The notes beneath the pieces were generated by a model. It was given only the letters and a program-made list of their open reading frames with translations. It ran no database searches and was not told the origin of the DNA. A DNA stretch of 64,000 nucleotides from Somniosus microcephalus (lineage: Eukaryota). A program made the position numbers and the translations under genes. This document shows, in pieces, positions 50,055 through 63,724 of this stretch. The stretch is taken from contig CM126204.1 in the NCBI GenBank assembly GCA_052327205.1, forward strand, positions 302,312,001-302,376,000, in the 5' to 3' direction. Numbering within the stretch: the first letter of the stretch is position 1; the number at the start of each line of letters is the position of its first letter.

Positions 50055-53000
50055 CCTGTCTTTAATGACAAACAACGAAATCGGCACCGTACGCACTTGT
50101 TTAGATCTTGAGCAGTAGGCATATTTTACAACTAAATAACTTTATGGTACAAATAGCTGTGGATTGGCATTTTGGGTATAAGGTCAGTGTTTGTGGATTA
50201 GAACACAGGAATCTAATGAAGTTCAGAACACAACTTCTTGAGACAGAGCAAAAAAAATCTGACTTGAAATGATTACTGTTGTAGATATGCAAGGGCACGA
50301 GCATGTTTCTTGCAGGATGAAAAGTTGATTTAAAATCACCTCAGGAGCTTTGTAATTGTGAAACTGAGCGGAGGCAAACACTTTACAAACAGGAAGATTC
50401 AATAAAGACAAAAAATAAAAATAAAGCTGAGATTTCACATCAAGAACCAATATGGTTAGAATAGTTTGCTCCTTATCACCCCTCGCCGCCGCCCCCCCCC
50501 CCCCCACCCCCCACCCCCCGGTTTAAAAAAAAAACCCAAACCTTTCAATCTTATACGTAACTGTTATTGCAGCTCTGATGCTCTTCATTTCCTGACCACT
50601 TTGTCGTATTAACCATTTAAATTTGCAGTTTGTCCACCAGGGATAAAGTTAAATTTCAGGTTTTTCTTTCATGGCAACATTTATTTACCTAACTCAATGC
50701 AGCTCCATTTATTTAGCAGGAGAGGAATGAACTGTTTTAATATTATTTTTTAACAATGGTTCTAGCAGCACCAAGCAGAATTTATTTAGGGTTCCTTCTG
50801 TCCAATTCTGATCTAATAAAGGCAGTATATTTAAAACATAACATCTTGTTATTCTTGGATCTTATGCATTTATGCAAACATACTTTTAACATGCTAATTT
50901 TGGTACAACATTGAGTCCTGTAAATGATATCGGGCTAAACTCTCCCTCAATGGCTTTGGAAAATTTCAGCTATTTTGTATTTCTCTTCTTAAAAATAATT
51001 TTTTTTTTTGGGATCTTTATATATATTTGTACTGTTTTTCCCTTAATAGGTTACGGAGGAGGGATGTGGGTTCGGTAAACAGGATCTTTGAGTTACTTGA
51101 GTGTCACAACATTAGACATAATCCATCTGATTTGAAGTGGAGGTATTATAGACTGTCCAAACCTTTTGTGTTTATGGGTCATTTCCACAGAATTGTCCAT
51201 TATTTGCTAATTATAGGCTTACACAGTATTTGTTTTTCAAGCTTTCCCATAGCATCCATATTTGTTGAAATCAAAAAGAACCGCCATTTGTCATGAGTGG
51301 GATTGATACTACAATTTTCGCTGGAACGAGTTGTTATGCTTCAACTTGTCTGCCCGAAGTGACTGCAAATTAAGAAGTAATTTTATTAATTTGTTTAATT
51401 GAAGCAACGAGTTCTCTTTTCCATTTTAGTGCATTGTTCACCTTTACAGAAAGACTAGTCTGTTTTCTTTCCCCAAACGGTATTTGCTGTTCATGATACT
51501 ATGTTCAAGCTTGCTGAAGATTTGATTTACTTTCTAGAATTTTCTGTTGGTATTTTTAAAAGATTGACTGGAGAAATGTAGCTCAAAGCAGAAAGAAGCA
51601 GATGAAGCTTTATTTAAAATTTAAATTGTATATGTTTTAAGGAGGAATGATCATTTTTTTAAATGAATATTGCTACCCAATAGAATTATAAGGCCAGCCA
51701 TTCCCTGTCAACCCTTGTGTGTTAATTATACAAACTCTTTTCAATACTGAATAGATAAAATAAATTATTTTATTTGTGGAATGCCCCATTTAATTTTTTA
51801 ATAGAACAATAAACTGTTTTATTTTAAAAAATCTTAAAATTGGTAATGATCTAGTGTGTTTTACATCAATGAGACAAGGTTTAGTTCCTGTTGCTTGAAA
51901 ATATTCAATATTACTTTCAGAAAGACAGACCGAATCAAATAATTCCGCCGCAGTTAGTAGAAAGCAGGTGTTTGAAGTGGCTCCAGAAGGCAATTTAAAC
52001 TGAGTTCAATTTTTGATTATAAGGATAAATGTAACTTGCAGTTGGATTGTTATTATTCCAGCAAGTATCTGTTGGTAGAAGCTGCTTTGTTGATCATGAT
52101 TCCCATAGATATGGGTACATGATGTTAAATATTCCTCGCAGAATAGGATATGGAATTGTTCAAGCAACCACATTTGTTTTCTTGTACTGTGCAATTATTT
52201 ATTTTGCTTCACGCAAACATCCACAAAAGTACCTTAGAATTTTTTTTAAATAGCAGTGGTTAGTGTATTTTGAAAGTTTTTTTTTCAAGGCATCAGAGAT
52301 TACAGGAAAATAACTTTTAGAAATCAGTTCTTAGCTTAGATAGTCTCTCAGATTGTTTTATTTAAGTACATTTATATGACATTAATCTCCTTATTTAAAT
52401 ATTTTTTTTATTGACAATGATCCCTTGTTTGCTGAATTGGAGCTAAGATAGCTTGGTGTAATTGCTTTCTTGCATTTATTTTAAAATCAGTGGTAAAAAC
52501 TGAATAGACTCTTTATTTGAATTGATGCATGCAGCTTTATTGTTCACTCATTGCATCGAGCTGCTTCGAGCTGCATTGTTAGCACTTTATATCCAAAAGT
52601 AATAACTTGGATAATTGCCGTATGCAATTATTAAGACTTTTTCGATTTTCAATCTATAGAATGCTGAGCTTTATTTTGTATAAAATTAATGAGGGGTTTA
52701 TTCAAGAAATCCTCAAATAAAACCAATTAGCACAGCGTCAGCTAATTTCTTTTTATAATTTGTTTTGCTTGCATTATCTTCCTATTTTGTTTTATTTTCT
52801 TTGTTTCTGCTTTCTTCTTTTCAAAATTTGCTGTGCTCAGTTTCTTTTCAGTTTGACTGTAGATCTTTTGTTTAAAGTTATTTTTTTTTGTTCAGTTTTT
52901 TAAAAAACATACTTGTTCAAAACAGCTTCCTTGTACTGTATTCTGTCGCTTGAGCAGAAGAAAGAGCAGACCTCAGACACAGTCCAGCTGTGCAAGAGTA

Positions 53001-54520
53001 ACCCTGGAATGAAAGTGGTACTCAAAGCAGTAGGAAAATATTTTCTAATAATTTTTATTTTTTAAATATGAGAGTCACACATTGCATTTCTTCAAATTAA
53101 GATTCTTATCGGGCATGCAGTTATAAATCAGCCACAATTGGGATCATTAGTACGTTAGTATTTGAAGACATAACATACATTTTGTAATAAGATTCCTTGT
53201 TATTGTGTGTCAGCCTACTATAAGATATGTCTGGAATATGCTGTATTCAGATATATTGTAAGTGCGTTGTAAAATAACTACATATTAAACTTTTAAGTGT
53301 ACTTAAATGGAAAAGGAGGGTATTTGTTATAGTTTTGACTACAGACCTTGTTGTATGGTGCACTTACAAGTGTATTCCTCTGCTGGAGAATGTAAGAAAA
53401 CTAGATGTTTAAAAAAAAACTAATGTTTAGATCTCAACGCTATTATGAGCTCCTGTCAGAAATCTTGCCTACACAACTGATGTGTACAGCGCACTCGACC
53501 CTCTCAGCCAGAGTCATTTTTTTTTTGCTTGTTAAGTTGCACTGGTGAAAGTAAAAATATTGCAGCACTTTTCTGGAGAGGGGTAAGAGGTGGTAAAACA
53601 TTTTCATTCATAAATGTTTTAATTTTCCAAAATTACGATCCCTCTGATTTCTTCCTGAATATCTTAAATTTGCCTCATCGCAGCCAGCAGAAAATTGGGA
53701 AGAGGGCTGTGTATTACACTGCAACAGTGCACGTAGTCTGAATAATGTTGAAACACTGTTAACATTCTGTGCTGTTTTTCACTGTTGTCAGTTTCCTGTG
53801 AGCCCTGTCCCCGCAATAAGATTAGAATGAAACTCTTGCAGCGCCTTACCCACTCCTCCAGATCTTGCTGTAAGCAAAATTTATACTACAATTCACTTTG
53901 ACTGTGCCCCATAATATTCAACTTTGTTTATCAATGAAAGAAAATGAGCTGGGCAAATATATTTGTTTCTTGTGATGTGAAAAATTCTTCAGAATGCAAT
54001 CGGCTAACAGAACATTAAGGGAACATATTGTTCAGCGTCTCCAGTAATTTTATATAGGGCATCGGACCGTGCCTAAGTCTGCAAGTTTGCCAGGCCTGTC
54101 TGTGCAGTGGACCAAAATACAGCCTCAAAATGGAAAAGCAAAAAAAAGGAAAAGTTTATAATAGAATTAAAAGTAATTTCCTGTTGTATTGTCTCATTTT
54201 TATTATTCTAAGATGATGCAGTAAAAAATGAGTCCTTAAATAATTTGTGCAGAACCTATAGTAGGCCTTTAGCATTGCCAAGGTAGTTGTAATTTTTTTT
54301 GCAAGTGGTGTAACTGTAGTTGTTGCAATGACTTTGATTGTACCTCTTTGGAAAGTGGGTTGGACGAAAGCCTGCAATGTAACATATTGCACCGAGACTC
54401 TATTCCAGCTTTCCAGCCTCAATTTAAACAGCACTTCTTAAAAGGACTGACTACATTGTCCTGGCAAAGCAGGTTTAAGAAGCTATGTTTCAAAGTTGCA
54501 TTTAAGCTACAAAGTCATAG

Positions 54521-54573
<53 letters not shown>
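54521..54573. repeat. Compound (TC)n(AC)n microsatellite
   Basis: Direct reading. Confidence 0.95.
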
Positions 54574-54574
<1 letters not shown>

Positions 54575-56410
54575 CTGATACTTAATCCATCATCTTTGTT
54601 TTCCCCAAACATCGTGCAAGCTGTTCTTGATGATGTTGGCATCGGTATGAAACTGATGGTCCATCTGGAGAGCGTGAATGTGGGCCAGGAAGAAAGAGAG
54701 ATGAAGAGGGTGTGCGTGGAAGGACAGATAACACTCAGCTGTCGGAAGACCCTGCGGTACTGTCACAGTCTTGCTGCCAACATGATATTTGATGTTGCAA
54801 ACTTCTGCTTCATTAAAAATTGGAGACTTATTTGGGGTCTTTAAATTTAAAAAAGCATTGTCCACCATGTTTTGGGAATGCCAGCTTTAGTTCCTTTATG
54901 ATTTAACACCAACGTTTTGGGTAGTGATCTTAATGGAATAAAGAGCTCCTTTTACACAATAGAATGCACATAGAAATCCTTACTTTAAACAGAGCACTAT
55001 CTGCTGGGACCCACAAACAACCCTGATTTACAGTTTTGAATGAGAAATTAAAAACCACATCTCCCAAATTGACAAACAAACCTGGGGGACAATCACATTT
55101 CAGCGCAGACTCGTGTCTCTGCTGTGAAAATGTGAAGCAGGCTCAGGTGACATGCATTTAAAGAAAACATTTTGAAAGACTGCATTGCTGCAATTTCTTT
55201 ATTTTTATATTCCAAAATTGTGTGTCACTACAATGTCTGGTACAGTTTTAAAATTTAAAAGCATATCGGGATGGGTTAAACTTTAAAAAATGTTTGGCAA
55301 AAATTTATAAAATGGGATATATTTGGCAATTTTATTTAACAATAAAGCTTTCTAGTTCTCTGAGGAGGGAGCTACAGAATAATACCATGGAACTAAAACA
55401 AAATCTGTTGACACTGAAATATATTAAATAAACCATTTTGATCTATTTCAGTCTGGATTTTACTGTTGCTCTGTTCGCTTTCTGGAAATGTACAGTCAAT
55501 CCTTGGTTCTCGAATGTAAACCGACGGTTCTGTGGGGCCAATTTGAAATGGAAATAAACGGCTCCAGTTGTACACGGAGTTGTTATTCATAAACAAGCTG
55601 TGCCGAATAGCCTGTTTATATTTCATTACCGAGACTGACGAATTGTTCCTTAACCCTTTTCATCCTGCCTTGGCCTGCAACTGCACCAAAGCTCTCATCC
55701 CTTTCAGTGGCATCTGGGAACCTAGCCAGCCTCTGTTTGTCTTCAAAGAACCCATTGATACTTGCTAATGTGTCTTCCAAGACACGTTAGCTGGTTTGTA
55801 AATGGAGGTGTGTGGCATTGACATCACCATGTCTACTCCTTCAGGTTTTTCTGGGAGGAAGGAGATCTCATTGCAAAGCTCTGTCTGCAGCTGATCTAAC
55901 GTGTAGCATGAACTCACCCCGCCGGCCAGCACTGCTGACTTTTCAGCTAAAATGTTGGAGGGAGCTGTCCCAGCAACTTGGGAGTGCACCAGAGTTTGCC
56001 CACAAGGTAATGGTCCCCCTTTAAATGACTTTAAAATGCAGACTATCGATCCAGCAAGGGTAGAAGGATCTTGTGCTTAACTTGAGCTTATTGGAAAGTG
56101 AAAGCTGTAACGATCGAGAACTTTTAAAAATTACATTTGTTGTGGGTTGTCAGTTTTGGGAATGGAACTATTTTCCACTTTTCCACTCCGTGTTAGCATT
56201 AGCTGTGCCACTCTACGGTACCTCTGCAATATGCCTTAACTCCAACATTACCAGTTTCCATGTCAGTGATCTTTGTGTCCTGTCTGAGCGAGTCTGTCAG
56301 TGTAGTACCCATTAGTGCTGGGGCAACTCGCCCATTAGGAATTACATTGAGAATGGCCCAGATTTATTTCATGTAGAACCCTTGCAGCTATCAGAAGATT
56401 TTCAACCTTG

Positions 56411-56520
56411 CACATTACAACAGTGACTACACTTCAAAAAGTAGTTCATTGTCTGTAAAGCACTTTGGGACGTCCTGAGGTTGTGAATGGCGCTATATAA
56501 ATGCGAGTCTTTTCTTTCTT
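56411..56520 (+). mobile_element. 3' tail of Deu/SacSINE1-like SINE (L2-related tail)
   Basis: acattacaacagtgactacacttcaaaa...ctgtaaagcactttgggacgtcctgagg...gcgctatataaatgcgagtctttt. Confidence 0.8.
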
Positions 56521-57494
56521 ATTAGTCTGGGCCGGATTGAAGCCGAGATTCCAGAGGTGAAAAGAGTATTCTACATCACTACATGGCCCAATCCCAATAT
56601 TTACATTTTATTTTAAAACTGACCATGGTTTACACATACTTATTTTACTTGTTCTCTTTGTGTTTGATATCATTCTAGGAAAAAGTTCAATTGGCAGACA
56701 GACTTTGTTAGAAAGTTTTACTTTTAAAAAGCTAATTGCTTGCTCATCAAAAAGTAATGAAATGGGGGGAGCGGAATTGAAAATTTAAAAATTCCCTGCA
56801 ACTCTTTTTCTCTTTGAACGCAAGGCTCTTCAGACGAGCCAGCTGAGCAGCAGCCTATTCCACAACTTGTGGCAGTGTGTGGCTGATCAATGGGATGTAC
56901 GATTGTGGCGGGCTAAGGAAGCTGCAATTAGATTATTTAAAAAATTATAACCATCAAAACACTTCGCTATACCGTGAGGGGGCCCTACCTCAGCATTAGC
57001 AAATCAGAACTTAGCCAGGTGTGACAGCCACACTGGAGTGTTAATCAGCCCCGAGTTGTGCACTAGCAGTATTGGCTGGATTTACAGGCTGTGCTTTGCT
57101 CATGAATATTCTAGGGGGTCGAAATTTTTGTCTTTATTAATTCTGAAGAAAAGGTAGAATGCTATTTTTACTCTCATCCTTTTTTATTGCTAAAATTAGT
57201 GAAGACAGGAATTTCAGCCCCAAGGGGAACCATCATGCTTATATGTTTAGTATATTAGGGCCCGTAGGATTACATTAGGTTGGTTGACGAGAGCTTTTTG
57301 TTATTTTTAAAATCAGAACCATCTTGTGTGATGGAGAACATATTCATATATTGTAATGTTTGTGCCTGGTTTTAATATAGTTTTCCAAATGCACATAACA
57401 ATTACAGTATTTTCCCATTTTTGTTTGCGTGTCTGTTTTTAAATCCAGTTAAGATTTGTTCATTTAATTCCCTTTTTTGTAGTAAATACACACT

Positions 57495-57600
57495 GGCCTA
57501 GAAATTCTACAAGGATTCTCCCAGTCTCCCTCCATTTACACCATTTCTCTCAGGGTTCCACTGATCTTCCACTGAAGTTAAAGTGGAACACCCACGGAAT
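57495..57600. mobile_element. Left end of a Harbinger-type MITE
   Basis: Starts ggcctagaaattc, identical to the TIR at 30664; central ttccactgaagttaaagtggaa symmetry. Confidence 0.5.
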
Positions 57601-57619
57601 GTCGGTGCCACTATGTTTT

Positions 57620-58035
57620 TTCCTTCTTTCCTCTCCTGCAGGTATTAATTCCTCTCTTGGGTACAGCTGCATGATGTCCATTGTTCTCTGGTGTCTTGCC
57701 CAGGTGACTACCCTTCTGCTTCAACCACTCTTTAAGTGTGATACTTAACAATGAGTGTCGGCATATTATTTGACCATTGGAGGTATACTAGCCAAATCCA
57801 ACCATGTCCTTGTGCCATGTCCACACTTGCACTTCCAATAGAGGTTCCTGGTTAGCCACTACGAGAGGGAATTGTGGCCGCATTTCTGTTTCCTACGCCA
57901 GGTATACTAAGGCCAATTTTAGTATCTCTGCCACCATCCTGGCTGAGCTAGGCTAAATCAGCAAAGAGCAGGTAACGAGCCCGGGGCCCTCCTGATTGTA
58001 CGACGCAACTGCTTTAACCTGCCAAGCCATTAGAA
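57620..58035 (-). mobile_element. Ancient SINE-like dispersed repeat
   Basis: Reverse complement is colinear and divergently similar to 61180-61545 (ctcagcc...attggccttagtatacctggcgtagg vs ctcggct...cttgcctcagcatccctgaagtagg). Confidence 0.55.
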
Positions 58036-58716
58036 GAGCTTAAACATTTAATGTAGTCCAATTGGCCTTGTACAGTTTGTAAAAGATGGAGGCCCATAGG
58101 AATTTTCAATCCCATGAACCCAAGTCAGTGCCGGTCTTGTGATAAGTACAAATCGATGGCCTAGGGACGCCAACCTGTGGCCATCTGGTTAAGAAGCCAG
58201 ATCTGAACTCACAAAGCTGCTGGGCTGCCCAAAGGGTAGGAACAGATTTCATCATCTTTGCCAGAAATGGAACGAGCTTGATTTAAAAGTGATTAATAAA
58301 TCTTTAATTACCTCAAATCTTATCAATTATTAACAGATTAATTGTACATAATTATGACTTATTCATCACTGCAGCCACACAAAATTGCTCATACACTGCC
58401 AGATCTGGAGAGCTTTCATTCCATTGTCTGACGGGTCTATATCACTGTGTATTGAGTTCTAGTTGAGGATATTTTATAGGCTCTGTATCCTAATAACATT
58501 ATTTTGCTGAAAGGTTAGTGTTATCATACAAACAACTTCAGATAGGTAAGCTTAAGGCTTGGAGAATGTAAATTGGGACTGACTTACATTTTGCCTAAAG
58601 AGCAGATACTCTGTTTATTTAGCACAGGTTAAAAAACATAGATTATTTTCCCACCTTACAACAGTTCTTTTTTAAAAACAAAACTGCCTTTGGAAAACCA
58701 AGATGGCAATTAACAT

Positions 58717-58896
58717 GGGGGAGGAATTTCCCTTAGTCACTATGCGTTAGTGAAATATAGTGGGAAGATTTTCTATGTTATTTTATAGCAAAATTGTAAA
58801 TACATTCTAAAAGAACATGCTTACAATTTTACAAGAAATAGTGATCAGAGGAAATCTTCCTACTTCGTTTATAGTGACCAGAAGAAATCCTCCCCC
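58717..58896. mobile_element. Palindromic hairpin MITE (~180 bp)
   Basis: gggggaggaatttcccttagtcactat / atagtgaccagaagaaatcctccccc; internal ggaagattt/aaatcttcc and aaaattgtaa/ttacaatttt. Confidence 0.75.
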
Positions 58897-61179
58897 TTTT
58901 GCGATTTATATGAAAGCAGCTACACTACCATTTGGATCTCCCGTCACATCATAACCTTCCCAGCTCAACCACCATGGGTTACGAAGAATCAGAACAAAGC
59001 CTTGTTTTCTTGGGCAAAGTTGCAGTTTCTAGGGGAAATACCTAAATAATATTCCATTTAGCTGGGATTGTTGATTATATCATGATACTTCTAAAATGAT
59101 TTTCCTGCCCCAGCCCCTTTAATGGGGAGTCCCAGCATGCTCGACCTGTTTATAAAATAATAAAAAAAACTGGAGAGCTAATTGCTTTAGTGCTGCTGCT
59201 GGTTTTGTTCTTGAATATCACCATGTTTTTGTGAACTGACAGATACACAAAGGAGAATGGTGTGCTCAGTTTTTGATTTTGTTTAATAGTATTTTAAATC
59301 AAATCTGTTTTGAACCTACAGAATGGTGCACTCATTCTGCAGAAACCTAATCTGTCAATATAAATGACCTTTTCTTGCCAGAAATGGTCTCTCCTGTCGC
59401 AGTGGTACTATAAGTGTTATCTTTTAATACAGATAGTAGTGTTCCATTCTGAAACGACTGCAAATTCTGTCAGTTAAAACTGTTCTAATTTCCAGAATGG
59501 GGCAGAAAAAACACCCCCACAGCACATGAATATTTTTGGCAGTATTACTGGCTGGGCTAATACAGATCATTTTAAATAGCAGTACCCTTGTGAGGAAACA
59601 AAACCATTGTGCAATCTTGATATATTGCTGTAAAAAGATTAACCTTGAAAGTTGATATTCCTTACTACAGTAAAGAATTAAGCTGATGTTTGTCTAATGT
59701 ATATTATCAGATGGATACACCCTATCTGAATTTAATATCACCCCAGCAGCTACTAACTTTCATATTACAAAGCAGATTAAAGGGTACCATCAAAAAAAAC
59801 CTCTAGTCTGAAGTGACGCAGCTAAATTGGAAAATACTCGAACCTAAAAATAGTTAACAGTACCAACACCCACATAGCGAGTAGCGTGTTAAACTGATAT
59901 AATCTGTTGTGATTAAAGTATTTGAGATCTTGCAAAGAGCTATATTACAGTGGATTATCATTTTACATTGGTTAGCAGATACAAATGATGGAATCATCAT
60001 TTTGATTGGTCTCTTAACAAATTAAAACATCTAAAAGACAGTGAGGAGACATTTGGTGAAGTCAGTTTGTGCTCTGCCCCAATAACTGCAGATTGGACCT
60101 TTACAGAGCTCATTTTAAAGAAATGAAAGCTGCATTATCTTTGTTCGTTGTTTTCTATAGTTCAGTTCCAAAACCATCAAAATGCGTCATGTAAAGCCAT
60201 GTGTGAATGGTGTTCAGTCTCTGTTTAATAAATCAAGCAGTTATGTGGCATTTATACTGTTCCTGTAATGAAGGCAATTTTGTTCCAATCTTCACACCTT
60301 TGTTGCTAAAACTTTCCAATCTTCTGATTTCCATCCTTTAATGAAAATGTCTTTCTGCTGTTCGAAAAGAACCATCCAAAGTCACACTGAGGTACTGTAT
60401 TTGTAGATCGTGAGTCTCTAGTGATTGCAGAGCAGCTCTTTCACATTGGAAGATTATGGGAGTGGGGGTAAAATGAAATGGATGTTGCCATTTCATGAAC
60501 TCCCCATGGAAGTGAATAGTTAAAAAAAAAACATCTTAACCCTTTCAATCAGAATTTCCTCCTCTTCCCATCTAATTTTCTTGACCTGTGTGGAGTTAGG
60601 CGTTATTTCAATCTGGCTGGATCTGGTTTCCAGACCTCAGTTACGTTGGAGATTGGTAACCAGAGCAGCTCTGATTTTTAACACAATTTGGTCCCTCGAT
60701 GTGTATGGTATAATTAGGTTGCATTCTTCTCATTGTAGTCTGAATTGGTTTAAAACAGACCAGAACTGCTGGTTTGGTACCACTTTGGTCTGAAACTGCC
60801 CATGGTTAATCTGCTGCTGTGTGGATACAGTCCTACACACCCAAATTTTTTTGTAAATGTTTGTTTATTTTGAACAGTTTAAAATGTTGCCTTTTTCCTT
60901 TTTAAGTCGTAAGCTTCAGCATTTTTATACCAAAGTGTGCAGTGGGAAGATTAAACCATGTATGAAGTGCTACATTGGCATAATTATGTAATTGCAGCAT
61001 GCTGCATGCTATTTAAGCAATGCAACTTTGGAGTGAGTTTACTGTTCAAACATAGTATAAATGCTGGGCGTGTGAAACACTTCAAATACCCCACTGAAAT
61101 TTATTTAAAATATTGTAACCCAAACATGATTGATTTTATTTTAAATCCCACCTTTGTTAATAATTCTAGTTAAGGCTGC

Positions 61180-61545
61180 TCTACTAATTCATTAGTTAAA
61201 TGCTTAGCATCAAGTGATAGTAAGCCATACAGGCCAGGAAGATCCTAGGATTGATCCTTGATCTATGGTAAGTTCGTCCAACTCGGCTGTGGTGGCATTG
61301 GAGACATCACAACTTGCCTCAGCATCCCTGAAGTAGGTCAAGTAAAAATATCAGTCAGAGTTCCTGCTCCTTATTGTTATCCAGTGAGGACAGGATCAGA
61401 CTCTGCTGTGGTGGCCCCCATGGTCGAGTAGCCAGCAGTGCTCTCCGTTTTGATTCACACGCAACGAAAGGCTGCCAACACCTGTGATGCTGCGCATCAT
61501 CATGAATTGCTGCCTTCACAAAAGGATGGGTATGTGAGGAAAGAG
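61180..61545 (+). mobile_element. Ancient SINE-like dispersed repeat (same family as 57620-58035; possible partial copy at ~32890-33040)
   Basis: Mutual similarity within the window; boundaries approximate. Confidence 0.55.
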
Positions 61546-63629
61546 GCAAGGAGAATTCCAGCCAGTTCTATGCCCACATATCATTCCTGGCCAAAAGGGC
61601 AGATAGAAGCCCTGCTTCCAGGTCTCTTGCGATGTAGCTGTGGAACTGATCACCAGAAGTTGTAGTAGAGCAGCTCCGGGCAAGTTGCTCTCTTTTTTCT
61701 TTCCTTGCCTGTGAATTCAGTGTGGGAGAATTATGGGCGTGAACCTGTGTCTTGTGCCTGGGACATTTCAATAAGTATTTGCTTAACAGTCTAAAATAGG
61801 ATTGAATATTGAGAAACTCAACTAGATTTCATAGAAATGTTGTGTTTGGATTGGGATTATACACAGGGCTTCTACTAACTAGGAGTGAATGAGATATTTC
61901 CGAACATTGGATTTTTACATTTGGATCAATTATACTTAAATCAGGTCACGTTCCTCTAAACTACTGCAGGAGCACAATAAATAATGGTGTTAATTTTGTA
62001 CTGTGCGTTTTTAAAAAAAAACGTGCTATTGGGGAGAGGGGGAAATTTTAACTAAGTAAGATAAGCAGGGTCACTTTTTGAATATGTTCGTGTCGGTCAT
62101 TTTTTTCCTAAAAGTTCTTAAGCATATTTGTGTAAAAGTCTAAGATGTTAAAGTGTTTATATTATAAAACTGAGACAGATCACATGGTTGGGGCAGTACG
62201 TGACACGACAGCGGTACGTGCTTGTAAACTTAGTGCACCATGTGACAATAAGCCCTGTTTAAGAGTGGGGAGATTAATATGTATGATGCAGTGCTGCTGG
62301 GCTCTTCCCTGATGTACAGAAAGCTGTTTTTCATATATTGCAGCCTGGGAAAGCTCTGCACCAACGAAGGAGTAACTCTATCTCTTTCTGAGTTGTTGCC
62401 AAGCAGATGTAGGGTTCTGGAACCTTCCCAGCAAACTTGACATAGCCAATACTTCTGCGAGCTGGCCTTCGTCCCCTCTGTTCACTGCGTCCTATTCAAA
62501 TGCCTAAAGCACATTATTTATTTTTTGCTGTGGCAGGGGAGCTACGATTTTGTTTCCAATCATTCTCAATGGCAAGCCTGAAAAGTTGGGAAGCTACTCA
62601 GTTAACCCCCTCCTGGAATGCTAAGGTCGCAGAGTGTTTCAATGCTTCGAGTAGACACTTATTAGTAACTTAAATTGTGAACAATCAGGAGCTTAGTGAT
62701 TGCCGTTGGAGAATATACTGTGTGAGTCAGTGGAGTGGTCATTCTGAAGTGGACCTTTACCTGTGATTCTTGTACAGCTTTGCTGTAATGCAGCCGACCG
62801 TAAATCTTTACAGTAACATCCTGCTTGCCAGTTTCTGTTGAACGTATTTCAGTTTGACAAGAAGGTTTTCTTTTTTTCACTACTTTTTTAATGATACTTG
62901 ATTATGTTACTGACTGAAGAAATTGGTGAGGTCACTGAAAGAAGAACACCCTATGACCATTAACAGTTGGACACTTTTCTTATCCAAACAGGAGACTGCA
63001 CACTCAACTGTTGTTGACTAAATGGACAGGTATTCATTTCAAAATCACTTAACCCCAGACCTACACTGGATATAATTAGCTATTTGTAGCGATCACCAAT
63101 TTTTAGCATTCGCAATGAAAAGTACCTTTGTTCTCAGGCTGTGCCAACTGCTTATTTTAGTAATTGAATACTCTATCAGTTATTGAAACGATTAATTGAA
63201 TACTTGAATACATCAACCATCGTAAAAGTGGTACAGCTTCCCGGTTAATTGTGTGTTCAGTGTGATAATGTGTTTACACCATTCTGAATAAAGCCCAGCT
63301 TGTTTATGTTTTCCTATTTGTGCCAATATTTATAGAATTATTATGGTAGTATACAAATGAGCACCAGTAGCAAACAAAAGTTCATAAATATATCCTATGA
63401 TCAAAGTAATATAACCCATGTAATATAGAACGGGATATGGATCACAATACCAATCATATGTAATATACCCTGACTTTGCCTCATAATAAGTCAATTCATT
63501 TCATAAATTTGTCACTTTTATTATCAGTTGATTAACTTGTGATGTTTGTCTGTATGCCATTTTCTTGACAATTTTCTCTCGCTCTCTCTGTTTTTGATTT
63601 TGAAACCCAAAAATCATTTGCGTTTACAG

Positions 63630-63680
63630 CTCAACATTTCCAATTATGTTACGGCTTTTGTTACATGTCTGACGGTCTGA
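63630..63680 (+). other. Candidate 51-nt host-gene exon
   Basis: Pyrimidine-rich tract at 63560-63600, acceptor tttacAG, donor GTAAGT at 63681. Open only in phase 1 (xQHFQLCYGFCYMSDGL), or it is a UTR exon. Confidence 0.4.
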
Positions 63681-63724
63681 GTAAGTTTGCCCAGTGGGTA
63701 TTCCCAAGGACTGCAAAATACTTT

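Noticed and set aside
54596-54844. 82-aa ORF with coding-like composition (MFSPNIVQAVLDDVGIG...)
   Set aside because: No recognisable domain and no convincing flanking splice sites on either strand.
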